64,000 nt of DNA from Ptychomitrium polyphyllum (Eukaryota). Of this stretch, positions 53,601 to 64,000 are shown in pieces (within the stretch, counting starts at the first letter, position 1; each line of letters opens with the position of its first letter). Made by a program: the position numbers and the translations under genes. The stretch is from assembly GCA_973851085.1 (NCBI GenBank), contig OZ316776.1:10788001-10852000 (forward strand). The letters are read 5' to 3'. The notes beneath the pieces are model-generated. The model saw nothing but the letters and a program-made list of their open reading frames with translations. It was not told where the DNA came from and ran no database searches.

Positions 53601-56600
53601 ACATACTGTACAATGAAAAATTTATCATGTTCAAAAGTTAAATTTACACTTAAATTTGTGACGATTAACCAAAAAAAACAAAACACCATAATGATATTCC
53701 ATCAGCTTATACTTGCTAAAGATCATCCATTTTCAAGATTCATTAAAATTATATTTAAAATGAAAATTAGAGTGAATAAACCAAATCTTTTAATTGAAAC
53801 TAAAAAATTTTGAAATCATTTAAAAATTAAAATGCATTTTGAAAAAAAGAGGTAAGTATCTTTTAAATGCATAAAAAGATAAAGGCTTCTTTTACTTGAA
53901 TATGCTAAGAAAAATTGTAAGTACAACATTTTTATAATTCTTCACTGCTATTTAGTAAATTGATTGTTTATATACCAAAGAAATGATGGATAAAATAAAT
54001 TTACATGAATGAAAATAAATGTTAATCAAAGAATGAAATCTATTATATTTGAGGTGTTTAAATAAAGAAGTCTATTCACTTAATTTAATAATCTACAATG
54101 TAATAACAAATTGTACATTTTAGAAAAAAAATCCAATTCTTTTGTATAATTTTTGATTTTGACAAATATCACTATTTATATCTTTTTGATAAAAAGAATG
54201 CAAGCATTGGTAATAAAATTTTATTTGTTAGCACTAGTTTGGAATAAAAAATGATAATTAACTATCATATTGCAAGGAAGTTTTAAAGTAGGAACATTTG
54301 TAATTATTACAGTATAATTTCTTTCTCTTAATTATCCATGTTCTATTTTGATAGTTAATCAAATTAATATAGATTTTTAGAACATTTAAAAAACAATCAA
54401 ATATTTATAGTAATTGTATATTTTTCATGTGACATTTATAAATACATTCTAAAATTTGGATGGATTAAATTACTAACTTATGTAAGAATATAAAAAATTC
54501 AAATTCAAAATTCCATTATAATTTCATATAAAATGCAATATTATTTTTGAATTTAATCTTCAAATTTTAAAATTCGTTTTCTACAATTCATTCCAAATGA
54601 AGGTCTTTGTTTCACAAATGCTAGTTAACTTAAGTTGATGGAATTAATATTTCCTATCTTATTTCTTCTTCAAGTGCTAATTTAGAAATTTTGGTCCATA
54701 TGTTTTATTGTAAAAGAGGGTCATTTGGTAAAAGAATATCATAACTTAAGTTTTATAAAAATCCATTTTTAAATTATTTAATAATTAAACAACTTCCATT
54801 ATTGTCATTTATTTCTTTAATAATTATATTGTATTATTTTTAAATTAAAAAATAATAATTATTTTTTTATTAAACTCATAAGCCAATATTGAATATATTT
54901 AAAAAGCGATGAAGTTATTATCATCATTATTCATTATCAAAATTATCACTTTGATAATGAATTATTCAATACATGCATTTTTTAGCGAGTTTATTATGGT
55001 AGTTAATGTATAATAAAAGAGTTGAATTTTGAGATTTCTAATTTTCAACATTCATAGTTTATTTATATAAAATCCAAATAAATTAAGGATCCATCATATA
55101 CGCCTACAAAATTATTGTAAAAACCAGTGATTTATTGTTATGGATAGTTTGGTTATTATTTACAATTGCAAAATTAGAAAAAAATTGCACAAGAAGTAAT
55201 AGCTAAAGTTTGAAAGTTAAAATTTTATAATGGATTTACTTACTAAAATTCTTAAGACTTTGTAAAGGATAACGTGGAAATTTAGAACTTATTCATATAT
55301 TATTAGAAAATATGTAATTTTTTTGAATTTGCTTATTAGACTTAAATTTTTTTATATATTTGTAATTTTTGTGGATGGAAATCATGTGTTTATATATTTT
55401 CATATGCTTAAAAAATATGAACAATATCTACCATCTTAAAATGTTTTAAAATGCTTTGAAATTCTTGTCTAATCTTATTGGCTAAATAAATTTATTTGTT
55501 TAAAATTTAAAATTTAATAAAGAAAATTCTAGTTTAATTCATATAATAACCATATTACTAGCTTTAGAAATGAGATGCAAGTATAAAAATAAACCATGTT
55601 CAATTGCCTTATGGAGAAGTAACACATTCATTCCGTATAGAATGTCTTGCATAGTACTAAGGCCCAATGCACAAAAAACCTCTACATAGAAAATGAGGTG
55701 GCACATAGGAGATCGACAAACTAGTACTAGTATAAGATAGAGGGTTGAGGTGGAAGGGATGGGGAAGAAAAAAAGTACACCTTATAACTTCTTTATACTA
55801 CGACTTTCTATTTTAAAATTTAAAATGATGGTTATGGAATTCAAAATCACGGTGAGGAACTTAGGGGTAGTGCTACCTGAGGAGGATCACCAGCTAAAGA
55901 ATGGTGTGGCAAGGGCAAGGGCAAGGGCAAGGGCACGATGGGATTTTCAGAGGACAATGGAGAGCATTAATTCCGGGTGGTGCAACATGCGGCGGGAGGA
56001 AAACAATACGCAAAAGTATTGGATCAGCGAGGCACTTTAGCTCGGGTCCTCTCGAGGGGCCAAACCTGCAGACGCGAAGTTCGATGACTGGAATAAGATT
56101 CTGCGAGGGGGCACCAATAATAGCCAGATGGGCGTGGGTTTTGCAGCGCGGTGCTAACTGTGTCGCTAACTTTGGCATAGCCTCCACGCACCGGCCACAC
56201 CAGGTTAAAATTATTGGTCGCGGAGCCCCGAGGCGACCAATGGTGCGGGGATACTAAAAATCCCCATTGGCTCGGAGGCCCGCTTGCCAAAGGCTCTGTG
56301 CAACATGGCGGGCGCATGTCCACGCAGGTCCCAGCTCGGCACCACTAGCGCAGTCTTCCCCTGATTGTGCTGTGAACGCATGGTCGGGCCGATTTCCAAG
56401 GCGAGACCATCCCTGCAGCTCTCGGGCTCCATCCAACCGAGATGATCATGCGTTCTTGTTTCTATCCCTGGAGCTCCCTTCCCTGTGCTGGCCGCAGTTT
56501 TGAATCTAGCACGCTTGGGAAGCGGGTGGCTGGGGCCCCGCTCGACCGTGATTTAGTCCATCGGCGTTGTCATGGCCATCATGTTGCGAGGATCCACGTA

Positions 56601-56865
56601 GCGTCTAGGTTTCGGCGAGCACCCTACTCGTAAGCTCTCGGATTTTACTTCGGAGGCTCCTTCGTTGACGTCCGAGCTCATGATCTTGCACCTGATCCAG
56701 GGCGTCATTGTCTAGATCTTGGTTCTTGCGTTGCTGTTGAGGGATGTCGCGGGCTCATGTACTTGGGTGAGTGCGGGAGTTGGGAGGTTGTAAGCTTTGG
56801 TCGTTTTTTGGACTGCTTTGAAGGTTTAAGGCTTAAGGCTCTGAGGTGAAAACGAATTGGATTGG

Positions 56866-56899
56866 AAAACGAGTGCAGGGTCAAAACGAGTGCAGGGTC
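56866..56899. repeat. Perfect 17-bp tandem duplication
   Basis: AAAACGAGTGCAGGGTC x2 upstream of the GT34 gene. Confidence 0.9.
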
Positions 56900-57318
56900 A
56901 TGTAGCGGGAGAGCATTCTCGTTACGAAGATTCGAAGGGAGGTGGAACTGGGCGAAGATTTGAGAAGTAGAGACTTGCGGTGGAATACCCGTACTTAGAT
57001 GATGCGATTTGTCCGCCGGCATTAGAATTTTGGTTCGGTTGTTGAGTTTCGATGTAAGGTCTTGCTAATGCAGAAACAGAGCGGGGATCGGTAGAGTGAA
57101 CTTTTGCTATTGCTTGAATGAATCGTTCCTACCTCCGAATTATGTTACAGCGTGTCACTACTGAATTTCCATCCCTGGTTTTTAGGAGTTTTGGGGTGCC
57201 CAGTTGAAGTGAAGCAGGTGACAACCCTGTAGGATTTGTACTCTTTGGATCTAGTATTCCAGTGCGAGCAACGCAAGTAGAGGTGCATTGAGTCTTGTTG
57301 CACTTTTAGTTAAGAAAA

Positions 57319-59180
57319 ATGAGGGATAATATGAAGTCGCTGGAGGCTACCTGGAGGACGCTATTGAGCCACCAAAGCTCTCGAGCGGTGGCTAAGTGGG
57401 GTAACCTCAAGACGAGAAACCTACAGAAGTTAGTATACAACATTCGGTTAACCGTCCTGTGCGGAATCATCACCATCCTCGTGCTCCGCGGCACTGTGGG
57501 CACTGGATTTTTCTCCTTTGGCTCTGGCCCGGCCAAGTCCATCGATCCGGGCTTGGACCGACACGTCCTCCCGACCGTTGTGGAGAGACAGCATGAGGAA
57601 GATTTGGATAAAGACTTCCCGATCGACAAGAACGTGCCGTTTGCACTCGGCCTTCCCATCAAAGATTGGGACCAGCAACGCGCGGAGTGGCTCAGCACTC
57701 ACAAGAACCTCACAAAGAACAAGTATGGCAGAGAGCGCATCCTCTTGATTTCGGGATCTGCGTCCAAACCCTGCCAAAACCCAGTTGGCGACCACCTGCT
57801 CGTTAAATCCTTGAAAAACAAGATGGACTACTGCAGGTCAGCAATGTTTTACCTCTTTTTACCCATTAAAAATAATCTACAATATTTTGATTCTTTGGTT
57901 TGCATAATTATATTCTAATGGTTATAAATTGTTGGATTCGATAAAATAATGATAATCTGGATTTGAAGGATTCAAACTTGAATAGTTTAAGATGATACCT
58001 AGGTTGGAGGCCTTGTGCATGGTTGAAGCTTTATAGCTTGTTGGAATTCCAACCTGTGTTAACAGTTCAGGCGAATAAGTGAAACGATCATCCAAGTTTG
58101 AATCACGAGATTTCCAAACTGGGTTGATCTCTTGTAAATGGTCAGTATAGAAGAATTGTCTCTAATTACTATGCAAGAATCAGCCGTTTACTGTTACCAT
58201 TCCTAAAGGTTAAGGTTTGAAACGTGTGGATAGAGTTTCCCAAGTTTGTGTAAATTGTTCAATTCTTCAGGTTTTGCGTGAGGAGCATCAGAGAGAAATC
58301 CTCATTCTTTGAAGCTTAATCGATCCCGGATTTCTTATTATTAGGTTACGTTTTAGAAATCAGCTGAAAAGAATCGTTCATTTGTAGGTTGCACGACATC
58401 GAAATCTACTACAGCATGGTGGTGGTCGACACCCAGATGATTTCCTTCTGGGTGAAGCACCCAATGATCCGGAAACTGATGCTGGCCCACCCGGAAGCGG
58501 AGTGGATCTGGTGGATGGACTCCGACGCCATGTTCACCGACATGAGCTTCGAGCTTCCGCTGCACCGCTACCAGGACCACAACATGGTGCTCCACGGCTT
58601 CGAAGACCTCATCTTCGAGAAGAAGTCCTGGGTGGGCATCAACGCCGGCAGTTTCTTGATGCGCAATTGCCAGTGGTCACTAGACATGCTGGACGCCTGG
58701 ACCTCCTTTGGCCACCCGCGAGTCGCTGTTGAGGTCGGTAAGCGACTCAGCGAGGTTCTGCCCGATCGACCTGTGTTCGACTCCGACGACCAGTCGGTAC
58801 TCGCGTATCTACTCGTCACGCAAACCCAGAAATGGGCACCCAAGGTTTTTCTAGAAAATTCCTACTATTTGCACGGTTACTGGGTCATCATCGTGGACAA
58901 GTTTGAGGAGATGATGGCTAACAGCAAGCCCGGCACCGGTGACGAGAAGTGGCCGTTTGTCACCCATTTCGTGGGGTGCAAACTTTGTGGGAATGAAGCG
59001 TCCTATGGCATCAAGCGCTGTTTGTTGCAGATGGAGAGGGCGTTCAATTTTGCCGATAACCAGGTTCTGCAGCATTATGGCTACATGCACCGGACGTTGA
59101 ATAGCTCCAAGGAAGTGGGGCGCGTTAGGTTGGATTCAGCTGACCCTCTTGGTCTCGGCCAGCCTCCGGTGAGTGCATGA
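57319..59180 (+). CDS. XXT: Glycosyltransferase family 34, xyloglucan 6-xylosyltransferase-like (2 exons: 57319-57836, 58388-59180; 436 aa)
   Basis: N-terminal signal anchor (LTVLCGIITILVLRGT), DWDQQRAEWL, PCQNPVGDHLLVKSLKNKMDYCR-LHDIE, HPEAEWIWWMDSDA (DXD), DDQS, WPFVTHFVGCK and MERAFNFADNQ. Confidence 0.95.
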
Positions 59181-60543
59181 GTAGCCAGCTGAAGTAAATT
59201 AGAATGATGATTAATAGGTGATTTTTCTGCTTAGAGTAGGTAATTGAGATCAAAATATTTAATCTGTTAGGATAGCTGCTTCTCTTCGGCTTCACTTTAA
59301 TCGAACTTGGCATTAGTTTCAGACAGAGACGCCCATAAATTGGTCGTTTAGACGTGCGGTTAATTGTCGACTTCAGGAATGGCCTGAAACGGTACTATGA
59401 ATACGATACCCCGGTTAATGAGTTGCTAAATTTTCCAGCGGAGCTTGCAAATCTGCATATTGGATTCATGTTGGGGCACTTTATCTTCTAAAAGTTTTTC
59501 TTTCCTTGTTTGTCTTTCTATTTTGTGGAGGTGAAGCAATTTTGCTACTCCTTTTATTGTACTATATCACGCTACTTTATTGTCCTTTGTCATGCAGATT
59601 TCTAAAGCAAAATTTAAAACTAAAAAGCTGTTCCATGTAATTGTTGCCACTCCCTTGGCTTCCTTTCACGTAGCAATCACTTGTGTGAAGCAATAGGAGA
59701 TATATCTATTTTCTAGAGTTTTCCCTTGTGTGGTAAACTCCTCCTAATTTGTATCTTTTGAAGGTAATGGCCTTGTCAAGAGTCAGGAATTCCCACGAAG
59801 TTTTGTTGCTGATTAGTTTGAAGTAGGTCAAAGCCTTCGTCGGCTTTGCAGAGATCATGGGCCAGGTCCGCAAGATCAGACGGGCTTAGTCGAGTCGATT
59901 TATATTTGTTGTGATGTGTTTCAGAAAATTTTAGCTGCAAAATTTAGGTTAATGGAATTTGCAAGTTATGGACCTTACGTGTTGCCTAGGAGAGAATGCT
60001 CTGCCTAAAATTGATGTGAATCGCTTGTGTCCAGCGTGAATAAATTCCAACTTAGGCAATCCAGGACTTTTGGAGTCTAAGCGTCTTGACCCAAGTTCTT
60101 AAAACAGCATTTGAATCTGAAGATCTTCTTGAATATGTTGCTTTATGTACAGGATCCATGGTCAACTTGTAGAAGCAACACACATCGTTGATATTTACTT
60201 AGAAGTTTTCAATTCAATTCCTGCTGAGCCGTGCTTATCCACTCTTGGGCATACATCAGAGATACTGTAGAACGATTTGGCGACCAAGTGGCAATTCCAT
60301 GTACTGCATATGCAGAAGTCCCTTTGGAGCTTGTTTCGGTATGAAGTACAATGTCGTGGCCTTTCCAAAAGCTATTTGGAATGATTGGAGGTCTGGATAT
60401 TCCATTATTTTCTAGATCACATTACCTTTGCCTTTTCGGGTGTGAAGCTTGTCACGCAGTAAAGGAATTATGGATTCTTCGATTTGTTCATGCCTTTCTC
60501 TTACCGCTTTTTCTTTCTTGCCAGTCTGATAAATGCATTCAAA

Positions 60544-60575
60544 CTGCAATCTTAGCCATCTGCAATCTTAGCCAT
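60544..60575. repeat. Perfect 16-bp tandem duplication
   Basis: CTGCAATCTTAGCCAT x2. Confidence 0.9.
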
Positions 60576-61657
60576 CTTTGAGGGCTTCAGACAGATAAGT
60601 GAATTCCTAGTTCGACTCTAGTTGGAGTTGCTTTGAGATGCTCTGCAAGTGGGATGGGACGTAGGTACGCTGCATGTTCTTGTAATGGGTACTGGGGGGA
60701 TGGAGTGGGAATCGGTCACTTAGCTTTTAATCCACATCGTCATAACTGGTCGTAGCTGTATTTAAAAAAAAATGGACTTATTGGAGTGACTTGAAGCTTA
60801 ACTTGTAATTCTATTGCACGATTTCAATTCGGTACTGAAATGACTCTATTATGCAAACGCACGCTTATTGCAGAGACAATTTGTGGAGCTCCCAAGTCCG
60901 AGATTCGAGTTCGAAGCCGGGTATTTTATTGTTGCTACTGATACCATAATTCTAAGCACACATTATACACACATCGGAACTAGCTGACTGAATCTCAAAA
61001 ACAATGTTTAAAGTATATTTAATCTGGAATTTTTGTCTGAGCACCTTGCTATCAATCCTCAACTTCCAAAATATAGCTAATCATTGAAATGTTTGTAACG
61101 GGATGATTGTATTTTATTGCTCTATCGACATTTGACTCCATTCACTCGACAGCAGAAACGAGCTGGGTTTCCAAGACAATCTTCTATATCTGCATAGCAT
61201 TTAGAATGTTCCTTGAGCTGCTCACAAAAACAAACCTCAGTTGTAACCTTGCTTGGGCGAGTCAGCCTCGAAGGTGAAATTTTGACAAAAGTTTGACTTT
61301 ATTGCTGAATTGAATCCCGACCTCCTCTCAGAAGATTGCCATGCACTGCATTCAACCAAAAGACGTCCACGGAACTATAAAAATATGACCTAAATTAATT
61401 AAAGCTCTTCGTTATACCGCAATCGCCTTAGAGGTCCACCAAATAAATCGATCATCATAGACCGTATGTCCTTTCATAATATTCATAAGCTTAGCATAAC
61501 ACCCAGCACTTTCGATTTCTCCCATGGAAGTGAAAGTATACCACCTCCAAGGTGATGAAATAAAATAAAACAATGATAGATACGAATTCAAGTCAAACTC
61601 GAATCTACTAATAGCATTGACAATTTACTTTGCATGGCAATCTACTTTGCTCAGAAA

Positions 61658-63746
61658 TCACTTGTAGATATTTTTATCAGCATCTTGAGCATTCCTACTA
61701 CTGGTAGCGATTGCTATTTTAAGAATAATTTCACGGATTTGACATGAGTTCCGGCACTTACACTCCTATATAAAGAAACAGAAAATACATCACAATTAGG
61801 CTTAGCATTCATTCCCTTGGCAAAGAGTGGTGAATTGTCATGAAAAATTTACTGGAGCGCGTCTTTGGTCAAGCTGGGGTTGCTCGGAATTAGCCTGAAA
61901 TTGCAGAGTGGCAAATTCACCATTTCATGAGCATGAAAGATGTGAACCAATACAACGAATGGTTGCTCGGAGTTTTTGAGCACCTCCAGGACAAGGACGT
62001 CCGCAAGCTGGAGGTTGTGTGCGTCCACGAAGTCTTTCCAGCCCGGACCTTGCAAGAAGCCTTGGTCGGCATTCCAGTTGACTTTCTGTGAAATTCCCTT
62101 AGAGTCCAACAAGATCAATTCTGCGGTTTCCGGTGGAAGTATTTCTGCGCATCTGTGCGACAGGAACTGCAGATCCACAATGTAAGTTACATAATTTAGT
62201 TGACTGAACTTCACCTTTAAGAGTATCGTGACTTTCCTCAAACCCAACCCAACATATAATTGCACCAGGAAAAAGTATAGATCAAAAAGAGGAAACTTAC
62301 ACAATCGTAGGTTTTCTCGTTGAAGCCGACTCTCATCACCACAGTTGCGTGTGGGTTTGTTGTGGTAGCTGAAAGGCATCTTGCACCTTGTAAAGCCTGC
62401 TGCTTCTGGTCCTCTGTAACAATTCCAGCGGAACTTACACGAGCACTTGAACTTGGGCTTGTTACATTGGGGATGTCTAGACGCTCTGATGTCGCAGGTC
62501 TAGGTTCCATGTCTCTTAGTTTGATTGGGGTTTCTTCTATTATAATTACACCACACTTTGCACATTTTGTGCTGCTTTCAGAAGAATAAGACGCAGCTAT
62601 TCCAAGATCGGGGTTTGTCCTTTCCAAACCAGGTTGGAAGACAGCACTAGGCTGAGGTTCCTCTACATGGCTAATCTCAAATCCTATCAGAGTAGGATTT
62701 TCTGCAGTTACTTCTCTGGCAGTTTCCAGTACCTCATTAACCTCATCTTGCCGCTGAGCTGGAAAAGGAATCTTCTGACCAACAGCTTCCCCTGGTAGGT
62801 CAGAGATTCCATTGAAAAGTTTCTCGGTTTCATGACCATCATCCGGAGTCACCTCATTATCGTTAGACCCCTCAACTAATGGCTCCTCAACCAGCTCTTC
62901 TCCATCTCGAAAACTGCTCATAAATCCAAAACAGTAATCACCATTTAGAGATACCTGGTTCAATATGAACAAGTCCAGCTTTCATGGGTTGTCAATAAGT
63001 TACATGATTCAACTTGTTTCAATTCATCATGAACTTTCCAATACGGATAATATTAGATGCTAGAAAAATTTAGAAGGTACTCACAAACTACTAAGAATAT
63101 TTGGGCCAATCCATGAGCTCGATCAAAACGGTGTAACAGAACGGGGAGCTTACATAAGAAGTTGCATTAAGTTACTTCACAGCATTCCACGTCTTTATGT
63201 CAGAAGACTAATGTTTTTTGAATACATTACTGTCTAAGACTTCACTTACGAGGATTTGCTTCGATATGTAGCCAGACGGGTCCTGTCAGCAAAAAGAAGC
63301 CATTCTTCAGGAACCTGACACAAGGAAAAGCATGTAAATGGGTTAAATGAACACGTTATGTTCAGATTGATACAAGCGCTTAAACTTTGTGAGTGACGGA
63401 GAGTGAATTAACATACCCATGTATCATGACAATGTGAGAGAGAATACCACTTCACAAGATATTGTAGTTTTCTTTCTTTTTGATTTTTAATCTCAAAAGT
63501 GTATGGGTCTCGCCGCAACCCAATTATATTCTCCACCTTTTTGGGAGATGGCATCAATCTGGTTTGTAATTTTGCAGGTAGAACTGGACTACCCATTTCT
63601 ATTGCATGCATTTCATGCAAGCAGAGAGGACAGAACCAATCTCCGTTGGGTATAGTCTGAAGAGGGGGGTCTAAACAAAATGAGTGAAGAGCCTGTGTAC
63701 AATTTTCTCCATCACATAACAACATCTGATCAGCTGCACCTGCAAA
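61658..63746 (-). CDS. 5'-truncated PHD finger + chromodomain + B3 domain protein (exons ~63746/63739-63417, 63314-63250, 62913-62301, 62166-61921 [or read-through to stop at 61849], 61765-61658)
   Basis: PHD: LLCDGENC..ALHSFCLDPPLQTIPNGDWFCPLC. Chromodomain: VENIIGLR...QYLVKWYSLSHCHDTW|VPEEWL. B3: NPHATVVMR...LILLDSKG...VNW...LQGPGWKDFVDAHNLQLADVLVLEV...VLVHIF. Junction phases 0, 2 and 0 are consistent. The first PHD cysteines are not visible and presumably lie beyond the window. Confidence 0.85.
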
Positions 63747-64000
63747 CTGCAATAATAAGCACAATATATTATCAATAACATGCAACCATACTAGCCTTAC
63801 GTGGCCACGTAGTGTCATGTGTATGAAAATAAGGCCAATGTTCTACTTCCAAACAAAAACACAGGCCACCCACGAATTCCTAACTCTCCCGGTAATACAA
63901 CCCCTAGTAACACAAAATGAAATATAACCATATCCCTGTTGACCTGTGTATGTTAAAAGTCAAAGCGGAGGTTTGGTTACATTGGACTTTGTACTAGGGG

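Noticed and set aside
60880..60925. B-box-like GAGTTCGAAGC suggesting a tRNA or SINE
   Set aside because: No cloverleaf or properly spaced A box could be built.
63080..63148. Candidate extra exon in the PHD-chromo-B3 gene
   Set aside because: In the required phase it hits a TAG. Direct splicing 63250->62913 keeps the frame.
63726..63750. Partial miR1030 complement (TGCAGGTGCAGCTG) on the PHD-chromo-B3 strand as a local target site
   Set aside because: Only an 11-nt core pairs, the miRNA 5' positions are mismatched, and the match overlaps a splice acceptor where TGCAG|GT is expected by chance.

Overview
Eukaryotic, intron-containing land-plant DNA, most likely a moss: the GT-AG gene models, plant-type MED18/MSL/XXT/B3 proteins and miR1030-type mature sequences all point that way. 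Gene islands alternate with very AT-rich, CpG-poor spacers holding decayed transposons. Seven protein genes can be modelled by hand with frame-consistent splice junctions: SLX1-like GIY-YIG nuclease (-), MED18 (+), histone stem-loop-binding protein SLBP (-), MscS-like channel of the MSL1 type (-), PQBP1-like WW protein (+), GT34 xyloglucan xylosyltransferase (+), and a 5'-truncated PHD-chromo-B3 protein (-). Most notable: (1) an intact SLBP gene, a pathway generally regarded as absent from seed plants; (2) two miR530/miR1030 hairpins plus a third unassigned hairpin inside MED18 intron 1, behind a possible internal TATA promoter; (3) a PHD-chromodomain module joined to a B3 DNA-binding domain instead of an SNF2 ATPase; (4) a retropepsin fused in frame to two tandem chromodomains without RT or integrase, next to a DD34E Tc1 relic. 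All family assignments come from recalled motifs; no database search was run.
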